Assembly: GCF_006345805.1 (NCBI RefSeq)
Contig: NC_043008.1
Coordinates: forward strand, 12,958,001-13,022,000
Length of the DNA stretch: 64,000 nucleotides
Direction of reading: 5' to 3'
DNA from: Octopus sinensis
Lineage: Eukaryota
Shown here: positions 11,241-24,149 of the stretch, in pieces
Layout: the number at the start of each line of letters is the position of its first letter
Position numbering within the stretch: the first letter of the stretch is position 1
The notes under the pieces: model-generated
Databases searched by the model: none
Told to the model about the DNA's origin: nothing
What the model saw: the letters and a program-made list of their open reading frames with translations, nothing else
Made by a program: the position numbers and the translations under genes

Positions 11241-14140
11241 TGTTAGTTAGTTAGTTAATTTGGCTCAAAAGCAAATAGCAAGGCCATGTAGGGGGACATG
11301 GAGTTAAGTACAGGGTGGTGTTCATGTAAAGAGTTCAGGCCACTTGAGGTCCAGGGAGGCTTTGAACAAAGCGGTCGTCGGCATCTTCACCATCTCGTCT
11401 GGCAGCTTGTTCCACGGATCCGCAACCCGGACGGAGAAAGCTCCTCTCCTTCGATGAAATCGTCGCAGGTAGAGCTTTTCGGAATGACCCCGCAGCCGAC
11501 GCTCCAGAGCAGGAGTGAAGAACAGCTCTTTCGAGAGGTTACACTTCCCGCTTATGATGTTGTGGGCGAGAATGAGATCACCACGGCGGCGGCGTTTTTC
11601 AAGAGAACAAAGGTCGAGCGTCCTCAGCCTTTCTTCGTAGGACAAATTTTTGAGACCATGAACCATGCGGGTAGCCAGCCTCTGGACTCTTTCTAGGTGC
11701 TGTATGTCTTTGAGGAGATAAGGAGAAGAGGCTTGAATCCCATACTCCAATATGGGTCTCACCAGCGTGACATAGAGTGGCAGGAATATGGCTGCTGTGA
11801 GCATTCCGAATGACCGTCGAATCAAAAACAGAATTCCGCGCGCTTTGTTGGCAGCATGGACGCACTGGGCCGAAGGCGAAAAGGAGGAATCCACCAAGAT
11901 ACCCAGGTCCTTTACCTGATCGGTCCTCTCCAGCAGCAGACGACCCGGCTCGAAATCAAGTTGAGTTGCAGGAGTAGAGCCGACAGGCAGATGACAGCAC
12001 TTTGACACGTTCAGACACAGGTCCCAATCGTTAGACCACTTCCAAATTTGGTGGAGGCATCGACGAAGATCCTCTATACTACCGCGAGGAGCGACCAGTT
12101 TGATATCGTCGGCAAATAGAAAGGTGTGTTGCGTGAGGTCGTCGGGCAAGTCATTTATGAAGACTAAGAACAACAAGGGCCCAAGCACTGAACCTTGAGG
12201 CACGCCACTGCTCGCACTGGAGACGTCGGACCGCGAACCATTAACTTGAACTTGGAAGGAGCGATCTGAGAGGAAGGCACCAACCCATCGTACAATATCC
12301 GGATGGAAACTATATGCTTGAAGCTTGACAAGTAGTAGGCGGTGGTTTACCGAGTCAAAAGCTTTGGCAAAGTCCAATAAAACGATGTCAACAGCATCAC
12401 TATCATCGAGGATGCGCGTCACTAATTCTTCCATTACTAGTAAGTTGGTCAAGCATGATCTCTTCGGCACGAAGCCGTGTTGGGAATCAGTGACATATTG
12501 AATAGTCGTGTTAAGGGCTCGCAGATGACCGGGGCCAACGCTTTGATAACCCGTGGGTGTATGCCGTCAGGGCCGTGACCCTTGTTGACATCGAGGCCTT
12601 GAATAACACGCTTGACTTGGTCCCGCGTGATGATCAATCGAAGCATTGGAGGTACCGATCTATCAAATGGAGGGGGTTCACGACCATCATCTTGTTTGAA
12701 AATAGTTGAAAAAGCCTCGGCAAATAATTGACTCTGTTGATAAGGGTCCTCAATCGATACGCCTGTTGAGTCTACCAACGTTGCAATCTGGTTGTTCAAG
12801 CGGGAATTCCGCTGGACATGGGCAAAGAAGGTTTTTGGATTGCTACTGGCATTTTCCGCGATTTTGTATTCATAACTGAAGCGTTCTTTCTTTTCAATTT
12901 TTACGGCTCGGTCTCGTTGAGTTTTGTACACCTCAAAAGCTGCAGTCGAATCCAGATTTTTGAATTCAGCCCAAGCAATATCTCTGAGTCGACGTTCTCG
13001 TTTAACCTTCTTCGTCACCCAGGGCTTGTGTTTCTTCCTCTTGGGAAGTCCAACGGGAACTGCCTGGTCAGTCAAACAGATTACATATGCTTTGAGGGAT
13101 GACCATAGTTCGTCAACTGAGGACAACGTCATCAGGGAACGCCAGTCCAGAAGCGCGGAAGCCTCGGTTAGAATTTCAAGATTAATTGCAGAGAAGACTC
13201 TACGTGGCAGCGAAGTAATCGTGGGCGTGGAAAAAGTTGTGTGCATGACGAACTTCAGGACCGCATGATCACTCTTGGCAAGAGGGGCGCACACAGATAC
13301 GTCTGACACTGATCTTGGATAGCGGGAGAATACCAGATCTAGCATAGATGGCTGCTGCCCAGACCGATGCCTTGTCGGATATTCAACATGTTGCGATAGA
13401 AAACAATCTTCAGACACGTCAAGAAGGGCCTGGCCGAACCGGGAAGATGTTGTACAAATTGATGCGGGCCAATCGATCGTGGGAGCGTTGAAGTCGCCTA
13501 GTACCATGCAGTCATGCGAAGCTGAAACGAATCTTATCGCTTCGAGTAGATGAGCATCGTCCTGGGGGTCGGCTAGAGGCGGCCTGTAGACAGCCAACAC
13601 GGGCAGGCAAAACTCAGATAGGCTCAGCTTGCAATAGACGGCATCGAATTTGGTTGTAGGTTGAGCATTTGTGGGTAGAATACCGCAGGACGGTTTGTGC
13701 TCAGACTTAACATACACAGCGACACCTCCGCCTCGCCTTTTTTCTCTGTCACATCTGAAAAGGACTCAGATCTCTGAGTCCTTTACTGCTAGAGTCAGCC
13801 AAGTCTCGGTGATAGCTATCACATCAGGGGAGTCGCGTAGGGCCAGTGTAAATAGTTCACTGAACTTTGGGAATAAGGAGCACGAGTTGGTGTAGACGAT
13901 GCTGAGCTGTGAAGTCTGAGGGGCGGGAGTTGGGGAACAAGCAGAATAAAGGGCATCAGAGATAGCATCGTTGACGGGGGTATCAACTTCACTTCGATTT
14001 GCCCTCACATCACTTTCCCTGTCAGCACTACAGCATGGGACCAGAGGTAGGACTTGATTATCTGTCCCTTGATTATCTATTAACATAGATCTGATCGTAA
14101 GGGAATGAGGTTTGTCGGCTCAACCCTGGCAGTATAGAGG
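11241..14140 (-). mobile_element. CR1-group LINE, 5'-truncated, with (TAAC)n 3' tail
   Basis: ORF2 APE+RT remnants; short 3' UTR ending in AATTAACTAACTAACTAACA on the minus strand; visibly more GC-rich than its flanks. The 5' boundary is approximate. Confidence 0.9.
11322..14086 (-). pseudogene. LINE ORF2 (AP endonuclease + reverse transcriptase), disrupted
   Basis: APE motifs YTNSCSL, ITETWL, GGGVAVYV, VYRPP, GDFNAP, LDLVF, SDHAVL. RT motifs GPDGIHP, QHGF..RSCLTNLL, DFAKAFD, GVPQGSVLGPLLF, FADDIK, KDLGILVD. In-frame stop at 13766 and a frameshifting deletion near 12490. Confidence 0.92.
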
Positions 14141-15633
14141 TACTATTTCTGAGAATCGTTGAGAGTTATTGAAAAAGACAGTCACCTAGAAACTGGAAAT
14201 GTTTCAACTGAAATGTAATACCTGATTTATTAACACGTCTGTTTAGCTCTCTAAATGTTATCTCTCTAATCATCTGTGTGTGTGTGTATAAACACAGGCA
14301 TAATTACATACACACAAACACATTTTATAAATCTTGAGTGTTAATGAATCTGTTTCGAAGTCACGTTGTCCAGCTAGAAGTCCCATCATACGGAAAACTG
14401 CCAAAATTTTTCTAGCATTATCTCTTGGCAGATGAAGGTTTGTGAGTAAATTTAATAGACAGAAACTTCGCAGAAAGGCGTTGATCAAATAGGAATAGAG
14501 AGATTGAAAAGAATTGTAATTTCGCTTCTTATTCGTACTTCCTAATAATAGCGATATTTTCCTTCTTCTCTCTCACCTAGATTCTTGAGGTTAGTTCCAA
14601 TTTCTTTTACCTCATACATTACCTATAATTTACTGACACTTACTATTGTCCAACTTAAGGGAGCTTTCTTAAGGAAATTAAACTCATCAATATCCACATT
14701 TTCCCGCCAACCTATTTCCCGTTCCGTTTTTTATTCCATTCTTTTCTCTCATATGTTTTTTGACTATATTAATACCCACAAACATCAATGCGTTTTTGCA
14801 GGTAACCCTATAAATTGTTCTGTTCAGTGTTCATATATTTTCTTTTCCTGCAGTTCATGCTTCCATCTTGAGAATATTTCTGATTGTCAACAAGGTTATC
14901 GATATCAAATTTCCTTTTCTTTTCACATGCTTTTTGCATTTCTCTTCAACGGAAAAGTGATTGTCTCCTGGTTACTTACAATAGCTGCATTCTCCGATTT
15001 CAAGGAAAATAGTTAGCCTTAGAATTACCTTTGTTCTGCTGGTTCTTTTAATTCTTGGTTGATCTTACCTTGCGTTCCTTGAATTCGTAAGTCCGGTACT
15101 ATCTCCCGGCATTCTTGCATTTTTTAAAATTTGTTTTGCTAATAGCAATTTCTTCGAAACGGCATCGATATCCTTCCTCAGAGGAACACCAGAGAAAATG
15201 AATATAACAAAAGTGGAACGGCACATTCGTCTTTCATAGAAATCGAACAAGGTATTAACAGATAAAACTTTTAATCTCTTGTGTCATGGACACTTAAAGA
15301 AATTAGAATAACAGAAAAACAATTTGTTTGAAACGATAAACAATTTCCCAATGGTACATTACTAGTTAATATAAAATTAAGTCAATCTACAGAACATAAA
15401 AGAGCATTTTCAAAAGATGCTGGCGTTGTCCAACACCAAATGATTTAATGACACATTGAGCCACATCCAAACAGAATTTTACAAAAACAATCAACTAAGG
15501 TGGTATTTGGAGTACTTTGACACAAATAGAGAACCCTTCATCTTATTTCTTTAAACTGTGTCTTATGATAATTGCTGTGCACTTTAAATCTACCCCTTAT
15601 ATCCTTGGAAAGACGTGTGCATGCATATATATA

Positions 15634-15692
<59 letters not shown>

Positions 15693-15845
15693 TGTGCATG
15701 CGTATATGTACGTGTGCATGTTTGTATATAAAAATAGGTGTTTGGATGTACTTCTGAAATTCACAATGCGTTCATCCATAGATATTATGTAGCGTGTCTT
15801 ATCTACTAGTTCTCTTCGTAATTTGTGAAACATGCCTTTTAATGC

Positions 15846-16052
15846 CCAGAGATGCACACATATCGTCAACCTCTAAGGGACATGGTCAACTGGTTATGGT
15901 TAAACACCAGAGAAACAAATCTGTGGTATTGAGCAGAATATTTGCTATAGCCCATCTTTTATACCAAGACAAAACGATTTACATGATAACACTTCCCATC
16001 AGTTAAGATCAGAAGCCATGAGTGCCACTGCCCGGTACTGCATCAGGGCATT
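15846..16052. mobile_element. Partial copy of the (TTA)n-associated interspersed repeat (family F)
   Basis: Matches 32994-33198 (CAGAGATGCAC...AAATCTGTGGTATTGAGCAGAATATTTGCT...GGTACTGCATCAGGGCATTTAT) and is followed by TCA/TTA repeats. Confidence 0.8.
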
Positions 16053-16089
16053 TATCATCATCATTATTATTATTATTATTATTATTATT

Positions 16090-16290
16090 ACTCTTCTCCT
16101 CTGGAAGCCATCTACCCGCAATGCCAGAGGGCGCACACTCTCCTACCCTGATGTAATCTCCAGGGATACAGGCATCCAGCAACAGGACCTCCGTAATGCC
16201 ATGATGGACTGTGAAGTCTGGCGTAGCATGGTAAATTCCATTGTCTCGACCACGGTCGAACAATGATGATGATGATGATTATTATTATCA
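16090..16290 (+). mobile_element. RTE/RTEX-type LINE 3' end with (GAT)n tail
   Basis: LLLWKPSTRNARGRTLSYPDVISRDTG...LRNAMMDCEVWR, a typical RTE-group C-terminus, then stop and (GAT)n. Confidence 0.75.
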
Positions 16291-16528
16291 TCATCATCAT
16301 TATCATCGTCTTATTCATCTTCAGCATCATTGATATGTTTAATGTCTATTTCGTAAGTTTCGTGCTGCCCTCGCATCTGCACATACACGTCGACGATTCT
16401 AAGGTGGACGCATCATTGCCTTATGCTATTGTGAAATTTCACATAACATCAAATATATTAATGCTATGTTATTTCAGCGCTATGTCACCAATGACTACTA
16501 TGTATCCGTGTGTCGTGTTCTATGTTTC

Positions 16529-16913
16529 TGGAAGCACTCCGTCGGTTACGACGACGAGGGTTCCGGTTGATCCGAATCAACGGAACAGCCTGCTCGTGAA
16601 ATTAACGTGTAAGTGGCTGAGCACTCCACAGACACGTGTACCCTTAACGTAGTTCTCGGGGATATTCAGCGTGACACAGAGAGTGACAAGGCCGACCCTT
16701 TGAAATACAGGTACAACAGAAACAGGAAGTAAGAGTGAGAGAAAGTTGTGGTGAAAGAGTACAGCAGGGATCACCACCATCCCCTGCCGGAGCCTCATGG
16801 AGCTTTAGGTGTTTTCGCTCAATAAACACTCACAATGCCCGGTCTGGGAATCGAAACCGCGATCCTATGACCGCAAGTCCGCTGCCCTAACCACTGGGCC
16901 ATTGCGCCTCCAC
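16529..16913 (-). mobile_element. SINE family A, full length
   Basis: Near-identical to 6426-6809; TSD TCTATGTTTCT on both sides. Confidence 0.92.
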
Positions 16914-17584
16914 TCTATGTTTCTATGTTATATGTGTCATACTATAACGTTCATTTTGTAGGCTCTGTTAGTTGATGCATTATTTCTTGTGCGTGGGGAG
17001 CATATTGTTCCAGGCTTACTACTGACGTACAAGTCCCTTGATCGTCTTACATTATAGGCCGATCATTTAAACTATGTGTTTCGTTGTTGACAGTTGGCAG
17101 TAAGCAAATCATTGAGACTACGTGTAACGTTATGGATTCTGGCACATATATGTCAGCTTTGTTCATAGTTTTAGCAGAACCACTGAATTAATTATTATAG
17201 ATTATCTTTTTCATCGCGTTTATGCCCTAACTGCCGCTTATATTTCAAAGTTTTGGATCCATATACTTCAAGGGGATTTTTGACCCCTTCCAGGTGAATT
17301 TGGTCTAAAGGGATCAAGATAATTATCGGCATCGATTGATATCTGGAAAACTTCTAAACAAAAAGAGTAACACATTGGCCGAAAGGCGGACGAGAGATAA
17401 TGAATGCCTCACTATCATCATCATCGTCATCATCATCGTCAACGTCATTGTCATCATCATCATCATCGTCATCGTCATCGTCATCATCATCATCGTCATC
17501 TTTATTATCATGTGTTCTGGTTTCTACTTTTGGAGTTTCAAGCAGACCGAGGAATACTTTGTATTTCATATTATTTAATGTAAA

Positions 17585-18440
17585 GATGGCGGCGAGCTGG
17601 TAGAATCGTTAGCGCGTCAGGTGAAATGCTTTGCCTCATTTTGTCTGCCGTTACGTTCTGATTTCAAATTCCACCGAGGTCGACTTTACCTGTAATCCTT
17701 TCGGGATCGATTAAATAAATTTGAATCCTTATTATACTTTCTAGTAATAAGTAAGCGTTGACCTGGCGGAATCGTTAGTACATCTGAGAAAATGCTTCCC
17801 GGTATTGCGTCCGTCTTTACGTTTCCAGTTCAAATCACGCCGAGGTCAACTTTGCCTTTCTTTCTTTCCTGGTCGATAAAAAGAGTACTAGTTATGTACT
17901 GGGGTTGATGAAATCGATTTACCCCTTCTCTTGTAATTATAGGCCTTGTGCCAACATTCAAAATCATTATCAGCCGCAGTATTAGTATTATAAGGCGATG
18001 GATGAGCAAATAAAACGTATGAAAAGGTCTTAACGTATTTCTCCTGGCATTTTACTCAGTTCTAAATCTTCCAAGGTCAGCTTGGCATTTCATGTATGCA
18101 TTCTAATGTGAAGTACTACTTAAGTATTTAGTGCTGATGCTATCGACTAAAGCTTTCCACTTGGTTCCTGGCTTAGTGCCTACGTCATAGGTAATTAGGA
18201 TGTTGAATTGGCATGTATTTGTGTCTAAATTTCGAACAATGATAATTATTAATCTGGAAAAGGCGGTGACCTCACAGAACCGCTACGGCACTGCGATATT
18301 TTTCTTAACTCTTTACGTTTGGCGTCATATGACACAAAGGTCAAATTTACATTTTATCTCCTCAGGATCGATAAAATAACATAGATCTCAATTACCGGGA
18401 TTAATTTTATCGACTAAACCCCTACAGAAAAGTATACTTC
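17585..18440 (+). mobile_element. Tandem array of about four increasingly decayed family C SINEs
   Basis: Heads near 17585, 17755, 17993 and 18260, each followed by GGTCRACTT..CCTTT..GTCGAT-like blocks. Confidence 0.7.
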
Positions 18441-19475
18441 CTTACTAGCAAAATCATAAAGGATTAATATTATTTTGTTGTTGTTTATGATAGTCTTGTC
18501 ATATTTATTTACTAGGGAGTTGGAATCCATCTTAAAATCGCATGCACAGTTTGACTGATTTTGAACCAATTATGGTTTTACATTCCACACAGTGGGTGTC
18601 ACTGAGTGACAATTACAGCTTCAGTTACAAAGCTATTCTTAAATGAGCCACATGTTTGACGGTGATAAGAAATCTGGGCATGCCTCCAGTGATAATATGT
18701 GTGGTGCACATCAACTTTGATTTGAAACTTTTCCAAGTTTTCGAAAGTGCTGATATAATAGGTAAAAGTGGAATAAAAGATATTTTCTTTGTAAGTTTTC
18801 ATTTTCAACTGTTATCCTGATTTATGGTACAATTATCACAGTGTATACACAAGAAATTTACTCTGGTCTTTCCGGTTCGTTGCGACAGAAAAGCTAATGT
18901 GAAAAAGAACCTGTTTAATTAAGGAGAATCTTTATATTTGAACAAAATTCTTTGCTGTATATTGTAACTTATATTACAGATCCTCATATAGTTTTGATTT
19001 TCTTCATTCCATTGTCGACAGAATAAATAGCAATTGAATGGTCGGACTAGAAAGGATGGCAAACAGCGTATATTTAAAGAGGCATATATGTGCCGGATCT
19101 GAACTGATGCCCGACATAAATACAAGTCGAGATTGTTAATGCAGTCCTGTTATAAGTGATGCGTAATATCCCACTACCATTTTCGGGTTAGATGGTCATG
19201 ATGGTAAGCACATCACAATCAGATTTCTCATGCGTATATTTAAAGAAAAATTTTTTCTCGTAAGGATACAAATCGGCCTATTATGATGATCTTAAGTCCT
19301 ATCAACGCTTTCTATACTCCGTTCGATGCCAAAAATCTAAAGCTAAATACGCTGAATAAATTATTCCTTGTCTTTTTCATCATCCACTGACTCCTACCAA
19401 AACTAGAACACAATACCCCGCCTTTTATTACCTTGTAAACACCACACCCTATTTATCTTCAAGACAAAACTCTCA

Positions 19476-19853
19476 AGGACTGGCTGTGTGGTAAATAGCT
19501 TGCTTACCAACCACATGGTTCATTCGCATTGCGTGGCACCTTGCACGAGTGTCTTCTACTATAGCCTCGGGCCGACCAAAACCTTGTGAGTGGATTTGGT
19601 AGACGGAAATTGAAAGATGCCCTATATATGTGAGTGTATATGTTTGTGTGCCTATGTTTGTCCCACCAACATCGCTTGACAACCGATGCTGGTGTGTTTA
19701 CGTCACTGTAACTTAGCAGTTCGGCAAAAGCGACCGATAGAATAAGTACTAGGCTTCCAAAGAATAAATCTGGGGATAGATTTGCTCGACTAAAATGCGG
19801 TGCTCCAGCATGGCCGCAGTCAAATGACTGAAACGAGTATAAGAGTAAAAGAG
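19476..19853 (+). mobile_element. SINE family B (tRNA head, CR1-like 3' tail)
   Basis: GGCTGTGTGGTAA...GGATTTGGTAGACGGAAA...GCGGTGCTCCAGCATGGCCGCAGTCAAATGACTGAAAC plus (GTAAAAGA)n tail. Confidence 0.85.
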
Positions 19854-20029
19854 TTTGTATTCCATGCTATACGCTGTATTCAAATTTAACTCCGCGAAGT
19901 AGCGTTTATGCTCAACTAGGTCACACTCTCTACGTATTCCATTTCCCTTCCCTCAATATTAGCATAAAAAAACCTTCAGTGCTTACCTCAAAGTATTTTT
20001 CCTACATATGTATCTATTGCTATGGATAC

Positions 20030-20148
20030 CTCAGTCACATGCAGTTCGGCATCAATAAAATTTTCTCCCTCATGGACATTAACACCATTTCTTCGCCATT
20101 TGAATTTATCGTGTTCAGCAGCTTCAAATTTTACGAAGCTTCCTGGAC
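20030..20148 (-). CDS. Candidate internal coding exon of an unidentified host gene
   Basis: Non-repetitive 119 nt between TTGTATTGACTGTCAG| and |GTATCC, open as (G)PGSFVKFEAAEHDKFKWRRNGVNVHEGENFIDAELHVTE; no homolog recognised and the donor is weak. Confidence 0.3.
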
Positions 20149-20955
20149 CTGACAGTCAATACAAAGGTCGTAAAAACATCCACTTCTTAACGGCCATTTC
20201 AAATATATGCCCGGAAAAGAAAAGCAAAATGAGAAAGAATTCTACAAACAGATTCCAAGCAAGTTAGTCTTCAACGATATGAATTTCCTCTGCAAAATAT
20301 CAACGCTATTCTGCGATATTTGTGTTTAATGTAAGGATTCGGCAAACAGACGCTGATAATCACAGCTCAACGCACACTTTAATGCGTTTGTATTAGACAA
20401 ACAAACCTATATACAGGTATATGTTTATGCGTAATAAATATGACATACTTTATCTCCTATTACGATCATGTTAAATCTACAGAAAATAAATCAAAACAAA
20501 TATTCTCTGAAAGCGAAAACACAAACAGATACGTTTATAGAATATGTATCTGTTACACGAGAAAATACGATTATATGCTTTAAATAATTATGAAAATGAT
20601 AATAGAAATATGTATGTAATGTATAGGTAACAGAAAGAACGATATGACGTGAAGTCTGTGTGCCTGTTGCTTATCATAAGATACTATACATCCGTTCTTC
20701 AGGGTATTATGTATTAGACATTTTAATATATGACCTTGTAAGTGTTTGTTTGTATATGAAGAGATAATAACTGAGCTTGTGTGTGTTTTATTTTGTTTCT
20801 CATGAATGTCGAAAATCACATGTATTTGCTGGTTGTTCACGTCACCATGTAAACGTGTGTGTATGTCTGTGTGTGTAATTATATCTCCGCCTACTGAAAC
20901 TCGCGTATGAGATATAATATAATCTTGTGTTTATCTACCTATCTGTCTATCCATG

Positions 20956-21280
20956 TGCGCATGGTTCAGTAGTTAGAATGTAGGGCTTACAATCATGAGG
21001 TAGTGAGATCGATTCCAGGACAAAGCTGGGTGTTGTGTTCTTGAGCAACACTCTCTATTTTACGCTGGTCTAACTTATTTAGCTGTAGAAATGAGTTGTG
21101 ATGTCACTGGTGCCAGTCTGTATCAGCCTTTGCCCTTCCCCGTACAACGTGGGTGACATGGAGTGGAGAGAGTCGCATATATGGGCCGGAGGTGGTCTGC
21201 CATAAAGAATCCTCGGAGGGTAACTTTCTGGGTGCAATCTCATGGTCATTCATGACCGAAAGGGGTTTTTACACTTTACA
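20956..21280 (+). mobile_element. SINE family E (tRNA head, CORE-like centre)
   Basis: A/B-box-like head, TTGTGTTCTTGAGCAA, AGCTGTAGAAATGAGTTG, tail GGTCATTCATGACCGAA; second copy at 55012-55335. Confidence 0.7.
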
Positions 21281-21384
21281 TATACATACACACTAACACA
21301 CACACACATACACACACATACACACACACACATACACACACATACACACATACATACATATATACATATATATATATAGAGAGA

Positions 21385-21582
21385 GAAAGTTTACGAAAAA
21401 AGACAAAAGACGAAGACAGGTGGTGTACAAAACAAACAGATGTATTAGTATAACGCCCGGGAATAGAAAAAGTCTTTTACGTTTCGAGCCTCCGCTCTTC
21501 TACAGAAAGGGACACAGAAAAAACAAGGAGAGAAACAAGGAGAGAAAAAAATGTGTGTGGTGGCTAACGATCTATCATGGCG
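21385..21582 (-). mobile_element. Short Penelope-like/retrozyme-like fragment carrying a variant hammerhead
   Basis: Contains the HHR-like motif at 21474-21509 in pyrimidine-rich minus-strand sequence next to a (TA)n tract. Confidence 0.5.
21474..21509 (-). ncRNA. Minimal hammerhead-like motif with core variant (CUGUAGA)
   Basis: CUUU-CUGUAGA-A-GAGC-ggag-GCUC-GAAA-CG-UA-AAAG: perfect stems I and II, palindromic ACGU stem III, A6 replaced by U. Confidence 0.6.
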
Positions 21583-21689
21583 ATGTACATTACTAGTATA
21601 TGAAGTAGACAGAAATAATAGGTTATATTCAATTATATGCCTTTCGATACATGCTTCTATTTTGTATATATATATATATATATATATAC

Positions 21690-22533
21690 CCAGGAAGATG
21701 AAGAAGGTAGAGGATATTTATGCAGTCTTGACAATGAACGATTGAAAGCAATTGTTGGACAAAACCCGCGTCAAAGTGTCAGAGAAATGTTTCGGGCATT
21801 TGGTGTCGATATCACAACAGTCTTATGCAATCTGTAGAAGAGTGATATGGTGAAAAAGCCCGATAAATGGGTACTGTATGAGATCAATGAAAGTTTAAAA
21901 GTTAGGCGTTTTGAAGTGTGCTTCATGCTCTTTCTGCGAAGCACCGATGATCATTTCCTCGACCGAACACTCACTTGTGAGGAAAAGTGGATCCTTTATG
22001 ATAACCGTAAACTATCAGTTCAGTAGTCAATAGCCTGATCGTAGTGAGTCCCCCAAATATTTCCTAAAGTCAAAGTTGCATCAGCAAAATATTATGGTAA
22101 CTGCCTGTTGATCTGCAATTTGTGGTGTCCGTTACAGCTTTCTGGAAGTCAATCAGAGCATTACAACAGAGAACAACCGCGATGAATTCGCTTAAATACT
22201 TGCTGGCTTGCAAAAAATGAGGCCTGCATTGGTGTAACGGCGTGACTCAATTCAGGACCATGATAATGCAAAGCGATTTGTTGCAAAAGTGACGCTGCAG
22301 AAACTCACAGACTTGGGATACGATAATTTACCACATCGTCCATATTCTTTTTCTCTTTCACCCACCGGCTCTCATTTTAAAGCATTGGAATCAGCACTTA
22401 AAGATTTCTTGGTAGAAATAACCTCGTTGGTCAATGGCAAAAATGCATAGATGTCCACGGCTCATACTTTGACTAATCAAAACATTTCTATTGTTAATTT
22501 TTTCAGAATAAAATTGTTTGTAAACAACCTAAT
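21690..22533 (+). pseudogene. Decayed mariner (DD34D) transposase with 3' TIR
   Basis: EDEEGRG...LKAIVGQNPRQSVREM, KWVLYE (WVPHEL-like), FLDR..TCEEKWILYDNRK, HDNA, LPHRPYSFSLSPT (YSPDLAP-like); several stops; TIR-like CAACCTAAT at the end. Confidence 0.9.
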
Positions 22534-22559
22534 CCATAAATAAAATGTTTAAACTAAGC

Positions 22560-22910
22560 ATTCATATATGCACATATGTGCAGGTGTGCGCATTATGTAT
22601 AGCTATATATGGTAGATATTTATAATTATTATATAGATACTTAATATATATAATCATATATAATCTCTCTCTTTCTATCTCTCGCTGTCTCCCTGTCTCT
22701 CTCCCTCTCACTCTTTGACAGTTATATAGATATAACATGCATATAGAATTATATAGAGTTACATGGATATGACATGCGTATAGACAACTATAACATGCAT
22801 ATCATATTTGAATATATATATATGTATAATATATATAATACTTACACGCAAACACACACGCACACACAAACACATAAATGTAATTTAATATAATATATAT
22901 TATATATATA

Positions 22911-22954
<44 letters not shown>

Positions 22955-23657
22955 GTGTGAGTGTGTATTTAAAATATATTAAATATATAATATATATAAA
23001 CGTATATAATATATAAAATATATATAAAAATATATATAGATTTATATATGAAATATATATGTATATACACTTAATGTGTTGTGTGTATAACAGTATATAA
23101 GTGTGTATGTATGGTGCACGTACTTATACAGGTCGCCGTATCTTAGTTAATACTTAATTATAAATAAATATATGGCATAAGAAACAACCTTCTCCCCACA
23201 AAAAATAATCAAAAAACAATCAAAAAAGATAAACATTAACAACGAATAAATATGTAAATTTGGCAGAAAGTCACATTTTTCTTCATTTTTTTTTCTTGTG
23301 GTGCATTGTAATGCGTAGAGTGGGCCTATGCTGGGACGGAATGTACGTAGAATTGGAACGATCTCAGACATTTAGTGGAAAGAGAGATTCTTGTCGTAAT
23401 TGTAGTAATTCTGGTTACCGTACATGACTCCCCGTCGTTGGGCCAAGACCTGGAGTTTGTTAGAAAAAAAACGCTGCCAATCTCACTCTTATAAACGCAC
23501 GCGTGCCAGTGTGTATATATATATGTACAATTAGATGCGTACGCACGAACGCTAAGGCACGCACGTATATATTGAATGACTATATACACATACACACACA
23601 TACAACCCCGTCCACACGCACACAGACGCACATATATATGTATCTATATATATACAT

Positions 23658-23735
<78 letters not shown>

Positions 23736-24145
23736 ATGTATATATATGTATATGTATCTATAAGCTGTTGGCTCTGTGTTTTTGTGGTAATTTTTGTATG
23801 TGTGTCTGTGTATATCTCTGTGTGTGTGCATGCGTGTGTGTGTATGTCTGTGTGCTGATATGTAACGTTATACGCCTGAGTATGTAGATCAAATCTAATT
23901 ACCTACATGCAATTAGATGGACAAACATGTACATATATAAGTAAATATATATACATACATATACATATACATACATTTATACACACTCACATATATATAT
24001 ATATATATATAATATATATATATAATATATATATATAATATATATATAAATATTAAATTATATATATGTATGTATATATATATTATATATATATGTATGT
24101 ATAAATATATGTACGTATATGTTTTAATATATATATATATATATT
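22560..24145. repeat. Degenerate (TA)n/(CA)n-rich region
   Basis: Visible runs at ~22800-23110 and ~23580-24145 around a short unique island. Confidence 0.85.
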
Positions 24146-24149
24146 GCTT

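Noticed and set aside
11298-13268. Plus-strand ORFs overlapping the LINE
   Set aside because: Antisense shadows of the GC-richer ORF2.
17294-17325. Collagen-like GEFGLKGSR after a good splice acceptor
   Set aside because: Only three triplets, then a stop; no donor site.
23340-23380. U6 snRNA-like AATTGGAACGAT
   Set aside because: Only ~12 nt match; the ACAGAGA box and 5' stem-loop are absent.
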